Sequence record: MK774614.2
Reading direction: 5' to 3' (one strand)
Length of the DNA: 64,000 bases
The notes under the pieces are model-generated. The model was given only the letters and a program-made list of their open reading frames with translations. It ran no database searches and was not told where the DNA came from. This document shows, piece after piece, positions 48,333 through 57,680 of this stretch. Position 1 is the first letter of the stretch. Each line of letters opens with the position of its first letter. The position numbers and the translations under genes were made by a program.

Positions 48333-50336
48333 ATGATTAATACCAATGATACTCCAGAGTCGCAATCTGGGCATCAACTGGGCGAAAGTACGTTTGGGCA
48401 AGCTAATCCTCAACCTACTCCCGATGCGCCGTTTAATTCTCAAACCACTGAAAACAATACTTCTTCTCAACAAAAGGAAACTGTAACCATGTCCAATTCC
48501 GTTAACGCTCTGACCGCACTGCTGGGCCTGCACAACATCACCGCTTCCCAACATCAGATCCCCGAAATCGACGCTGTGATCAAAGATCTGGATGAGCGTG
48601 TCAAGAACCTGCGTATGAACACTGCTGCAGAAGCTCAGAAAGCCACTCTGCCCAAAGCGGTTCAGACTCTGTCTACCGAGATCTCTCCGCAGCTGCCGGG
48701 TATCGCCGTTTACACCGTGATCGGTAAATCCGTTTACGTCATGCCGGTTCTGTTCTTCAAGAATGGCATCACTGATGCAACTGACACTGTTCAGCTCCAA
48801 AACGAAGCCCCGCGTGGCTTTGCTAAGGTACCGAACAGCTTCATGACCAAAGAGATCCTGGGTCGTGTCAAACAAGCCTTTGCTTATGTTGACAGCGTCA
48901 AGATGGAAGAAGTCTTCATCCTGTCCCAGACTGTGGTCAACCTGGAACGTTACATCAAGAACGATATCACCGGTGACGATCTGATCCGCACTGTGGTTAA
49001 CCGTCTGATGGACGAGTGGGGTATCGGTCTGCTGAGCCTGGGTACCATGCTGGCTGTTAAAGCAAACATGACCCTGCCGTCTCCGTTCAAGAACGGTAAA
49101 CTGTTCGGTGAGCATGACGCTGCGATTGCGCGTATCGAAGCGATGAGCAAGTTTGTTCAAAACGGTTCCCCGACTCCGTACAACCTGTCTGTGAAACTGG
49201 CCACCACTAACCGTAACCAAAACGGTTATAACCAAAACCAGAACAACAGCAAGTCTGTGATCACCACCAACCTGAACGTTCAGCTGGAAATGATGAGCCC
49301 GCAGCAGTTCCAACAGCATCGCATGGCCCGTACGGGTGCGGTAGGTGTTGGTCCGCTGGTGCCGGTTGTTTCTATCGGTAACTCCATCCCAGGTGAAACC
49401 CTGAACCACAACTCCAGCCCGATCGCTGCTATCCTGGGTCTGTACGCTGCGCTGTCTGCGAACGGTCAAGCAACTCTGGCTGAAGCTTATCGTGGTAAGG
49501 AAGTGGGTAACCGTGGTAACCTGAGCGTGTTCAACCACTCTCTGGCTGCGATGATGCCGGGTGCTTACGGTGCGGACAAGTTCCTGACCGATAAGAACAT
49601 CATGAACATCGCAGTGGTCAGCTCCTGGATCCAAACTTACGTTTCTACCAATCCGGTATATGTCATGGATGTAGCGGCTAACCTGGAAAACTCCAGCACT
49701 TCCGAGTTCTGGTTTGGTGTGGCCTCTAAGGACTCCACCTCTCCGTACTACCGTGCCGTGGTGGCTGCAATGAACGTCCTGTCCAACGGTAAGTTCAGTG
49801 AACTGGCTAACCAGAACGCTAGCGAAGCCGGTCGTGACAAGACCAAGCAGTGGGTACTGGGTGATCCGATCGTGCATCAAACTCGTGTACTGCGACCGCG
49901 TGGTATCGCACAAGCCAAAGACGGCAAGTGGTTTGATCTGGGTGAGATCGATGCAATGTTCCTGCGCCAGCCGGAATACTACGGTCAAAACGAACAGGCT
50001 ATTGCCGAGTTCATGGGTCTGATCCAAGGCTCCATGGGTGGTGACGTTCGTGTCCGTCAGTTCAACATCATCTCTCGTCTGCAAGCACTGACCAACAACA
50101 CCGCTCAGGTAGAAGGTTGGGATCTGCGTCTGATCGTTGGTAACAGCTTTGCCAACACCATGGCACAAGCAATGGTTGCTGCCGGTACTATCTCTGTATC
50201 TGCTTCTAACTACAACGGTCAGTGGACCCATCAGGTCGACAACGAAGTGCTGAACATGCTCATGACTGCAACTCTGGCTCCTCAGAACCAGAACGCCTCT
50301 CTGGGTCTGTCTAGCATGTTCCTTGGTGGCATGTAA
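48333..50336 (+). CDS. chmA: Chimallin, phage nuclear shell protein (phiKZ gp54-like)
   Basis: 667 aa (615 from the second start at 48489); disordered Q/T/S/N N-tail; very strong C-ending codon bias; located between the gp52-like gene and nvRNAP beta-prime N, as in all Chimalliviridae I know. Confidence 0.88.
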   Translation: MINTNDTPESQSGHQLGESTFGQANPQPTPDAPFNSQTTENNTSSQQKETVTMSNSVNALTALLGLHNITASQHQIPEIDAVIKDLDERVKNLRMNTAAEAQKATLPKAVQTLSTEISPQLPGIAVYTVIGKSVYVMPVLFFKNGITDATDTVQLQNEAPRGFAKVPNSFMTKEILGRVKQAFAYVDSVKMEEVFILSQTVVNLERYIKNDITGDDLIRTVVNRLMDEWGIGLLSLGTMLAVKANMTLPSPFKNGKLFGEHDAAIARIEAMSKFVQNGSPTPYNLSVKLATTNRNQNGYNQNQNNSKSVITTNLNVQLEMMSPQQFQQHRMARTGAVGVGPLVPVVSIGNSIPGETLNHNSSPIAAILGLYAALSANGQATLAEAYRGKEVGNRGNLSVFNHSLAAMMPGAYGADKFLTDKNIMNIAVVSSWIQTYVSTNPVYVMDVAANLENSSTSEFWFGVASKDSTSPYYRAVVAAMNVLSNGKFSELANQNASEAGRDKTKQWVLGDPIVHQTRVLRPRGIAQAKDGKWFDLGEIDAMFLRQPEYYGQNEQAIAEFMGLIQGSMGGDVRVRQFNIISRLQALTNNTAQVEGWDLRLIVGNSFANTMAQAMVAAGTISVSASNYNGQWTHQVDNEVLNMLMTATLAPQNQNASLGLSSMFLGGM

Positions 50337-50360
50337 GTGACACAGTAAGCTAGAATGACA

Positions 50361-50388
50361 CAACGGGTGGGTGAAAGCCCACCCGTTG
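50361..50388 (+). terminator. Terminator after chmA
   Basis: CAACGGGTGGG-tgaaag-CCCACCCGTTG followed by a T-rich tract. Confidence 0.75.
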
Positions 50389-50490
50389 TGTTTCTTTATT
50401 CAGGAGTTTTATTTTTCTATTTTATTTCAAGCAGATATCATTATTATGTAGTAGCTGGAATAGTTATAGAAAATAGAGGAGAGTTAATAC

Positions 50491-51888
50491 GTGCTTACTT
50501 TAGCGGAAGTACTGAAACCTTATAGTGTAGAGAACTTGTTACCCACCAATCACTTTGATAAAATCATCAAAGAGACGGGGTTTAAAATGCCCAAGGATGA
50601 TGAGACATTCTACAAAGCCCTTTATCCTGATTTTGATGATTTTGATGCAAGACATGCCTGTGCAGTTAATACCCCACTGTACCTAAACGACTTCGACTTT
50701 AACAAAGAAGAAGATCGGGAACGAATCATTTCATTGCTGCGTACTGAGTACGAAGGGAACAGCTTTGATACGGTTGCTGCATGTGAGTGTAAAAAGTACC
50801 GCTCCAATATCTATTTGGATATGGGGGTCGTGTGCGAAGATTGTGGTCATCCGGTGACTAAACCGTTACTGGATAAAATTGAAACCAAAGTGTGGTTACG
50901 AGCGCCTGATAAAGTCAGTGGGTTTTTGAACCCGGCTGTGTGTAAAGTGTTCTTTGATCGCCTTAATACGAAATCTCCCAAAGTCAATTTGGTGGAATAC
51001 TGGATTAACCCAGACCTTCGTAAAGAGAAACGGTTTAAAGATCCTGACAATACGGCATATCGAATTGCATGTCGGTTAGAAGCATTCCGGGAAACACTGG
51101 GAATTGAGTTTGGGTATAATCAGTTCATTGACAACATTGATCTGATTATTAACTCAGCAGTAGAGCGGGACATTTCTGCTATTTTAGATCTGGACGAACA
51201 AAGTCGTGTCCACTTTGCCCAGTTCTGGCAGAAGTATAAACACCTTGCTGTATCTCAGTACCTGCCGATTCCAAACAAGATCACCACCATTGTGGAAAGT
51301 GATCAACGTGATCGCTATGTCAATAAGGAGAAGACGGACCTTGATAAGTTCTTCTTTACCATCGCCGACATGTTCCCGGCCTATGATCCACGGTCAGAAG
51401 AAAACCACGAATTGATGGGAAAGAACTTCACCAAGCTTCGTGATGTGATGTATAAAGTCATGGAAGCGGTGCTGTTCAAAAAGAAGGGGATGATCCGTTA
51501 TCATGCCGGTGCCGGTAAACTCCCAATGACAGGGCGCTCTATCATCACTGGTGAATCTGGAGTATGCCGGTCTGATACCATTATCGTTCCATGGTTATAC
51601 GGGATTACCTGTTACGATAAACATCTGTCCAACTGGCTTTATAGAGAGAAAGGATACAGTCCGCTCAAAGTAAAGGAGATTATCCGAAGCGCAGCAAATT
51701 ACAGACACCCTTTGGTAGAGGAGTTTTTCGATTGGATCGAAACCAACCAGTACGCCGTTTGTACTGCTGGCCGAAACCCCTCCATCCAATACCTCTCTGC
51801 CCGTGCTTTCTTTATAAAGTTCAACCGAGATGTAGAAGATAAATCAATACGTATTCCTATCACCTGTGTGAAGGAATTTGGTGCCGAT
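50491..51888 (+). CDS. Non-virion RNA polymerase beta-prime N-terminal subunit, exon 1 (phiKZ gp55-like)
   Basis: Zn motif CEC...CEDC; GRSII; GRNPSI; ends EFGAD, which joins FDGD in exon 2. Confidence 0.9.
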
Positions 51889-52327
51889 AAACTGCATTAA
51901 CACATGTTAATGCTTTAGTCCCGCTGGGGTGAAAGTCCTAGTGTGTACTTCTTGAATTGCTGGAAAGCCCACAAAAGTTCTCTACCTAAGCATGATTGGA
52001 AACATACATGTTCACGGTGTCGAAAGACAAAAACAACAGAGAACCTGTCCTAAGCTAAAACATAATGCTAAGGGATATTAACAAGGGGTTCCCAAGCAGC
52101 CGAGGTTCTAAATACATTCGAGATGAATGGATACGAATCAGGTTCAACGACTATCCCGTGGCTGGGAGTAGGGTCACCCGGTGATCTGAAGTATGAAGTA
52201 CCTAACCGTGTAATGACGTAGGTAATGATATAGTCTGCTCCACCCTAATAAGGATGGCGGGTGCCAGGTATCGCACCGGCGTTATTATGATAACCTTCGG
52301 GTGAACGGTAATAACGTGGACAAAAGG
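51889..52327 (+). mobile_element. ORF-less group I intron (439 nt)
   Basis: 5' exon ends in U paired to G in P1 (gat|aaa...tttagtc); P-like AATTGCTGGAAA at 51955; P7 GACTA 52149 with TAGTC 52231 inside GATATAGTC; terminal G 52327; splicing restores GAD-FDGD in frame. Confidence 0.92.
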
Positions 52328-52522
52328 TTTGATGGAGATCAGATGTACGCGATCATGTTGTACGACATTATTAGTCGTATTCATGCGTATAGTGCGTGGG
52401 GACACCAACAACAATTGGATCCCAATAAACCGTTTAAAACAAGTCGGTTTGCTACGGCAACTAAAACCAACTTGTTGAATATGAATGCGTTGTTCTTAGA
52501 CGAACCAATACAGGAGGATTAA
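52328..52522 (+). CDS. Non-virion RNAP beta-prime N-terminal subunit, exon 2
   Basis: Begins FDGDQMY, completing the catalytic DFDGD motif. Confidence 0.9.
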   Translation, partial: FDGDQMYAIMLYDIISRIHAYSAWGHQQQLDPNKPFKTSRFATATKTNLLNMNALFLDEPIQED

Positions 52523-52525
52523 TTA

Positions 52526-53200
52526 GTGAATGCAACTAGTGCCTTTATGTTTGGGTGTGGTGGATCGCTCTCAGAAGGAGCAGCCGCCTCGTATAACTCT
52601 TTTATGGGAGGAATGTATCAGCAGTTTAGCAATCTAGGGGGATGGCTGTCTGGTGCAGTGGAATCGGTTAAGAAATCACATGAGAAATTCATGAACTCAC
52701 GCATGTGGGAGTTTTCTAACCGAGTTGGGAAAGATGGTCATTACGTAGGACGATTTGAAATCGGCTATCTCAGTGATCTTCAATACCAACAGCAAGCATT
52801 GGGGTTCATGAGAAATTACATCATGGCGAATCCAGAGACAATGAAAATGTATCTCAGCGGTCACCTCAGTGGTTACGATGGGGAGTTTTCTGAACGCTGT
52901 TCTGGTATTGGTCGGGAGAACTATTTCTACAACAAGTCTGTTGATGGAATGAATCGTCTGAATGACGACGGTGTTCTGCTAAGAACTGATTATACCACCA
53001 CCCGTGACAGCGGAAGTCGATTGAGCGTTCGAGAGCGTATTGACATTCATCGCACTTGGAATGCGTCTAACCTTCACCTGGCTAAAGAACTGCTTGATCC
53101 TACCAGTATTGAAGGTGACCAGCGGTTTGATGATGAACAAGCTTTGGAGCGTTTGGAAGAACGGCGTAAAGCATTGGAAACAACGGAAAGTGGCGATTAA
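52526..53200 (+). CDS. Conserved hypothetical protein of the chimallin core block
   Basis: 224 aa, GTG start with AGGAGG RBS. Confidence 0.65.
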   Translation: MNATSAFMFGCGGSLSEGAAASYNSFMGGMYQQFSNLGGWLSGAVESVKKSHEKFMNSRMWEFSNRVGKDGHYVGRFEIGYLSDLQYQQQALGFMRNYIMANPETMKMYLSGHLSGYDGEFSERCSGIGRENYFYNKSVDGMNRLNDDGVLLRTDYTTTRDSGSRLSVRERIDIHRTWNASNLHLAKELLDPTSIEGDQRFDDEQALERLEERRKALETTESGD

Positions 53201-53286
53201 TCAATAAAGCAGAGTTACCCAGCGTCATGGCTGGGTAACTCCTTTATCCTGCTCTCTTTTTATTTTTTATCAAAAGGAATATAACA

Positions 53287-53619
53287 ATGGAATTGAAAAC
53301 TGAGATTATTCACACCGATGACATTTGCATGATCGTTCGCTCTGGCGACATTAACACGTATCTTGTCATGGACCAATACCAAAATGAGCTAGGAACCGTT
53401 AAATTCCAAAATGGTTCCCCTGTTAATGGTGTTACTGGGATGACACTGGAGGCTATGATCGCCACGTGTATTTATCGATTGGATGCATTGAATCAAGGGC
53501 AGTTTAAATGTGATCACAATGACATTGCACTGGATGGATTGAAGTCCGCGCTTTATGCACTTAACAATCGTGCCCAAGATCGTAAAGAACGCGGTGTTTA
53601 TGACACGGAGAACGCATAA
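53287..53619 (+). CDS. Tad1-like nucleotide-signal sponge (anti-Thoeris / anti-CBASS)
   Basis: VKFQNG...G...RL...NQGQF...N.IAL..L..AL..LNNR.QDRKERGV matches the Tad1 pattern IKFQKG...HGV...RL..FQAGPF...N..AL...EEAL..MNRR..DR.ERNV as I recall it. Confidence 0.8.
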   Translation: MELKTEIIHTDDICMIVRSGDINTYLVMDQYQNELGTVKFQNGSPVNGVTGMTLEAMIATCIYRLDALNQGQFKCDHNDIALDGLKSALYALNNRAQDRKERGVYDTENA

Positions 53620-54098
53620 TGGGAATGGGGTACGCACAGCTGGTGGTGGATGTTAAATCTGCATCAGACATGGTGGTGGCTATTAAGAAGTTTTTAAAAG
53701 ATCATCCAGACGAAGAGATTTGGGATTTGATCAATATCACCAATAATGAACTTCACGCAACGTTGATGTATGACAAACGTGATCCTGACATTGATCCCGG
53801 ATTTAATTACAATACGTACAAAGCCACTGTAACGGGTTTTGAGAAGCTCGGTAATCCGAATGGTAATTACTACGCCTTAGTGTTACTGCTTGAATGTGAG
53901 GCGATTCAGGAACGTTTTAGAACGCTTTTGGATAAAGGATTTGAGCACAGCTTCCCAGAACTTAAAATCCACGTTTCCTTGAACTATGGACCCCAAACCG
54001 ATATTGCTGCCAGAGTACTGAGAAAGATGTGGGATCAAGGATTGTTTCCTAAAACGATCACCTTGTGCGCCGAGACATGGAACGAGTGTAAAAACTGA
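53619..54098 (+). CDS. Acb1-like 2H phosphodiesterase (T4 gp57B family)
   Basis: LHATLMY and IHVSLNY HxT/HxS motifs, with LVLLLECE between them as in T4 Acb1 (IHSTICY...LVLVLDSE...PHITLSY). Confidence 0.82.
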   Translation: MGMGYAQLVVDVKSASDMVVAIKKFLKDHPDEEIWDLINITNNELHATLMYDKRDPDIDPGFNYNTYKATVTGFEKLGNPNGNYYALVLLLECEAIQERFRTLLDKGFEHSFPELKIHVSLNYGPQTDIAARVLRKMWDQGLFPKTITLCAETWNECKN

Positions 54099-54103
54099 TT
54101 AAA

Positions 54104-54154
54104 TTTAATATCCATTTTATTTCAGACCTATATTACCTAAGTGATAAACAACCA
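54104..54154 (+). promoter_or_regulatory. 51-bp early promoter cassette, copy 2
   Basis: 48/51 identical to 30275-30325. Confidence 0.8.
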
Positions 54155-54190
54155 CCATGTTTAAACTACTTTTGTATTTAGGAGCACACT

Positions 54191-54382
54191 ATGTCTATCT
54201 CTACCGCTTTCTTTGGTACCATGATCCTGATCACTTTCGTATCCCTGGGTGTTCATTATTACAAAGAGTACAAAGGGCTTCGTAAAGTCATGGCTCGTCG
54301 TAATAAGGCACCGTGGTTTGCTAAGCGCACCAATGCGCAAGGTAAAACAGGATGGTCATTTCGCTTTGGTTCTAAAGCATAA
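54191..54382 (+). CDS. Small single-pass membrane protein
   Basis: N-terminal hydrophobic helix then a basic tail; AGGAG RBS; own promoter and terminator (54388-54415). Confidence 0.7.
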   Translation: MSISTAFFGTMILITFVSLGVHYYKEYKGLRKVMARRNKAPWFAKRTNAQGKTGWSFRFGSKA

Positions 54383-54457
54383 TACGATTAGCTCAACCCA
54401 ATTGGGTTGAGCTAACGTTATCCTTCATTTATTTTTTTTTTCTGTAAGGAGTGTCTC

Positions 54458-54865
54458 ATGGCAGGTATTGTGGGAACGATGGACACGCTGGGGTGGGTAA
54501 AAGAACCCACTGTTAAAATAGATCGGTTGATTGCCTATTGGTTTGCCAATCGAAAAGATCAGTCTATTATCTTTAGGAATATACAGAGCTTCCAATATGT
54601 CGTAGGGAAACACCAAGATGATAAGCAGATTGATGGGTTTTTAGAAGATGTTCAAAATAACCTGCGAAGCTTTTTACTGGAGTGTTTTGACGCAGCCGAT
54701 GTGACTGCGGCCGCACCCGGGTGGGAACCTAACTTAAAAATGTTTACGCTGGCCATTAGCGGTCAGGTTCAACAAGACGGCAATAAATATGACATTGCTC
54801 ACGCCGTCCAACTCAATGGTAAAACATTCGAAAAAATAGCAGAAGGAAGAAGACATGTCCGATAA
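54458..54865 (+). CDS. Conserved hypothetical protein of the core block
   Basis: 135 aa, AAGGAG RBS. Confidence 0.65.
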   Translation: MAGIVGTMDTLGWVKEPTVKIDRLIAYWFANRKDQSIIFRNIQSFQYVVGKHQDDKQIDGFLEDVQNNLRSFLLECFDAADVTAAAPGWEPNLKMFTLAISGQVQQDGNKYDIAHAVQLNGKTFEKIAEGRRHVR

Positions 54866-55688
54866 ACAAATTGACGTTTCGGTAATTGATACAACCGAAC
54901 TAAACACAATTGACCGTATGGATCATGGTGATCTGATCGAGTTTTTGACTAGCTCATTTAAATATGCCGATGTGGGCGGTCAGCGTGTTATTCAAACACC
55001 GGATGGGTTGTTTGTTGAGCACGTGTTGATGGAAGAGTCCTACTTTGTAGAAAACTGGTTGACGCAGTTTGCTATTCACCAAGTGGGGGATAAAAACTAC
55101 TTCAACATGGAAGAGTGGAATATCCTCACCGATGGATTCACCAAAGGGGTGATCGTCATTAATGAGAACAAGACACCTGTTCTGATTATTCGTAAATTTA
55201 CCGATATGGGTCTATCGAGTGCAGCTGCAGATAAACTGAACTTTTGTGGATCTTACGCTTCGCGCGCTCACCATGCCCAAGATCGTGAACGAGATGAATT
55301 GATTAAGCAGTTCGCTACCCAAGTACAGGCTATTTCGGAAAGTGAAACCCGCGGAAACACGATCCCCGAGATGATCCCACTAGAGTACTATCGCCAACAT
55401 GGTGTCGATCCACTGACCATGCAACAAGTGATCTACATTCGTGACAACTATCAACATGCCGGTTCTCCTATTGATCCAGACAGTGATATTCTTAAGCGAG
55501 TAGAAAAGATTCTCTTTGGCTGGAACGTTGAAAATAAGATTACCGCTGACGATAAAGCATTTGTGCTAGAGATCACCGAAAATCAATTTAGTTTTGACTA
55601 CGATCACCATTACGTAGACACTGCCGATCAACCGAACGTGATCACAAAACCAGAAGAACCAGAAACGTTCGATCCCCTTGCTGATTAA
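54855..55688 (+). CDS. Conserved hypothetical protein
   Basis: 277 aa, overlaps the previous gene. Confidence 0.65.
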   Translation: MSDKQIDVSVIDTTELNTIDRMDHGDLIEFLTSSFKYADVGGQRVIQTPDGLFVEHVLMEESYFVENWLTQFAIHQVGDKNYFNMEEWNILTDGFTKGVIVINENKTPVLIIRKFTDMGLSSAAADKLNFCGSYASRAHHAQDRERDELIKQFATQVQAISESETRGNTIPEMIPLEYYRQHGVDPLTMQQVIYIRDNYQHAGSPIDPDSDILKRVEKILFGWNVENKITADDKAFVLEITENQFSFDYDHHYVDTADQPNVITKPEEPETFDPLAD

Positions 55689-55727
55689 CAGGATTAGCGG
55701 GTGGGTACATTGTGCTAAGGAAAAGAA

Positions 55728-56858
55728 ATGACATTAATTAAAGCGCTGTGGAGTTCAGATCACCACACTAACCACCCGCATACTCCTACATCCCATACTT
55801 TAGCGTGTATGGACAAATTTTATTACAGAGACAATAATCCTAAAGAGATTAAGCTCTCTGTATTTGGCGGAGACATGTTTCATGACCTAGCCAGTGCCAA
55901 TGACCCTAATATGATTTTGGTGCAGCGCTGGGCGAAGAAATACAACCATATCTGTCATGAAAACAAAACACATGTCAGGTATCTGGAAGGAACCTCTTCT
56001 CACGACTGGGGACAGCCTGAGCTTTTAGAACTACTTAAACCCAAAGGTTCGACGTATATCAAATACGTGAACACCCTCTCTATTGAGTATTTTCCAGATC
56101 TTGATATTCACGTGCTGTACGTTCCTGATAACTTCGGTAAAATTACCACGGAAGAAGTGTATGAAATGGCACTGGGTGAAATGGCCAAATCAAACCTTAC
56201 TCAGGTAGATTTCATTTTTCTTCACGGAGGGTTTAAGTTTCAACTTCCCCCCATTGCCGATAAACACGGAACACTTTACGATGAAGTGAAGTGGAGCAAA
56301 CTGGCTAAGCACGTTATCTTCTCTGGGCATATCCATAAGCCCGGTGAGAAACTCAATATTCGGTGTTCGGGTTCTATTAACAGAACAGCATACGGTGAAA
56401 TGCATCCAAAGGGTGCGTATCGATTTGAGTTTAATAAAGAAACGTGCCGTACCCAGTTTTGGGAAAATATTGATGCACAGATTTATGACTATATTGATAT
56501 TTCCCCCACTACCACCAGTAAAGAACTGATCAAGATCCTCAATAACTATCTTGCAAAATCCCCACCTGCTAAGACCCACATCAAGGTCAGAAACGGAACG
56601 GGTGATATTGTTGTTCCACTATTAAACGAGTATAAAGAGCAATATCCTCAATATGTGTTTGATAGTGATAACGTTAAAAAGGATAACATTGAGATTGATG
56701 ACACGTTGTATTCTGCCGAAACTTACAACGGGGTTCAGCTCACCAAAGAGAATTTAAAAGATAACTTGTACCGTTACATGGAAACCAGTTTATCACTTGA
56801 TGAAACGATTGACAGGGATCTTTTAGACACGTTGCTCGAGGAGGTCATGAATGAGTAG
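55728..56858 (+). CDS. SbcD/Mre11-like metallophosphoesterase nuclease
   Basis: WSSDHH, GGDMFH, EGTSSHD, FLHG and SGHIH metallophosphoesterase motifs. Confidence 0.88.
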   Translation: MTLIKALWSSDHHTNHPHTPTSHTLACMDKFYYRDNNPKEIKLSVFGGDMFHDLASANDPNMILVQRWAKKYNHICHENKTHVRYLEGTSSHDWGQPELLELLKPKGSTYIKYVNTLSIEYFPDLDIHVLYVPDNFGKITTEEVYEMALGEMAKSNLTQVDFIFLHGGFKFQLPPIADKHGTLYDEVKWSKLAKHVIFSGHIHKPGEKLNIRCSGSINRTAYGEMHPKGAYRFEFNKETCRTQFWENIDAQIYDYIDISPTTTSKELIKILNNYLAKSPPAKTHIKVRNGTGDIVVPLLNEYKEQYPQYVFDSDNVKKDNIEIDDTLYSAETYNGVQLTKENLKDNLYRYMETSLSLDETIDRDLLDTLLEEVMNE

Positions 56859-57666
56859 TTTAATTAGAACACTAGGAACAGTTCCAATCAGTGTGGGAAC
56901 TGCCTTAGCTGTAGAAGCTCTTCAAACTGCTCCTATGCACCGTTTCCAAACGTTCCTCATCAACATCAGGACCTTGGTACGAAATGCAAGAGAAGCGTAC
57001 GAGGAGATGCCTAAAGAAGATATCTTGTTTGACGCCGTTAAAGAAGACATGATGGGGATTGCTGATTTCATCGCTTCTTTAAAGCTAAAGACAATCCTGG
57101 ATTTAAAGTTCTACTACCCTAGCTATCAAGCGTTACCAAGACTCTTCCCGATGGCTAAGTTAAAAGAAATGGATCCTGCTAAACTCCTCGGTCCTAAGGA
57201 GCAAAACAGACGAGAACAGATTATATTAGATAATAAGGTGATTAAACGCATCTTAAAAGAATTTGAAAAGTTTATTGCTCAAGTGGATTCTTCAGTTCCG
57301 CAGTTTGGCGGTGATGGATTAATCATTACCCATCACCCCGTTGATTTAGTCACCACTGAAAGTTATACGCGTCTGCATTTACTGGAATCTCATACTGGAA
57401 CAATAAAAAACTTTCCATTGTTTAGCACCAAGCTCACTGGCGCAAGTGAAATGCCCAACATGCCATTAAACAAATTAACCATTCAGGTGTTTGGTGACAG
57501 GGCAACTAACTTTTACTCGCAATCCAGTGCGGTTAAGAATGAAGTAAAACAATTGGCAAATTCAGTGCCTTGGAGCACTGGTTCATCCGCGTCATTTGTA
57601 AGAAGTTCTATTCAGAAATTATCTGGTGACAATCCAGCAAAACCAATTTTACTTAAAATGATTTAA
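56851..57666 (+). CDS. Conserved core protein (phiKZ gp66-like position)
   Basis: 271 aa between the SbcD-like and ChmC-like genes; synteny. Confidence 0.55.
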   Translation: MSSLIRTLGTVPISVGTALAVEALQTAPMHRFQTFLINIRTLVRNAREAYEEMPKEDILFDAVKEDMMGIADFIASLKLKTILDLKFYYPSYQALPRLFPMAKLKEMDPAKLLGPKEQNRREQIILDNKVIKRILKEFEKFIAQVDSSVPQFGGDGLIITHHPVDLVTTESYTRLHLLESHTGTIKNFPLFSTKLTGASEMPNMPLNKLTIQVFGDRATNFYSQSSAVKNEVKQLANSVPWSTGSSASFVRSSIQKLSGDNPAKPILLKMI

Positions 57667-57680
57667 AGAGGAAATTTAAA

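Noticed and set aside
48318-50363. 681-aa minus-strand ORF antisense to chimallin
   Set aside because: Shadow of the strong codon bias in chmA; no RBS or promoter, and an unnatural H/V/Q-rich composition.
52202-52522. Track ORFs 52202..52414 (-) and 52301..52522 (+) as independent genes
   Set aside because: The first lies across the intron core. The second is intron sequence plus exon 2 of the RNAP gene.
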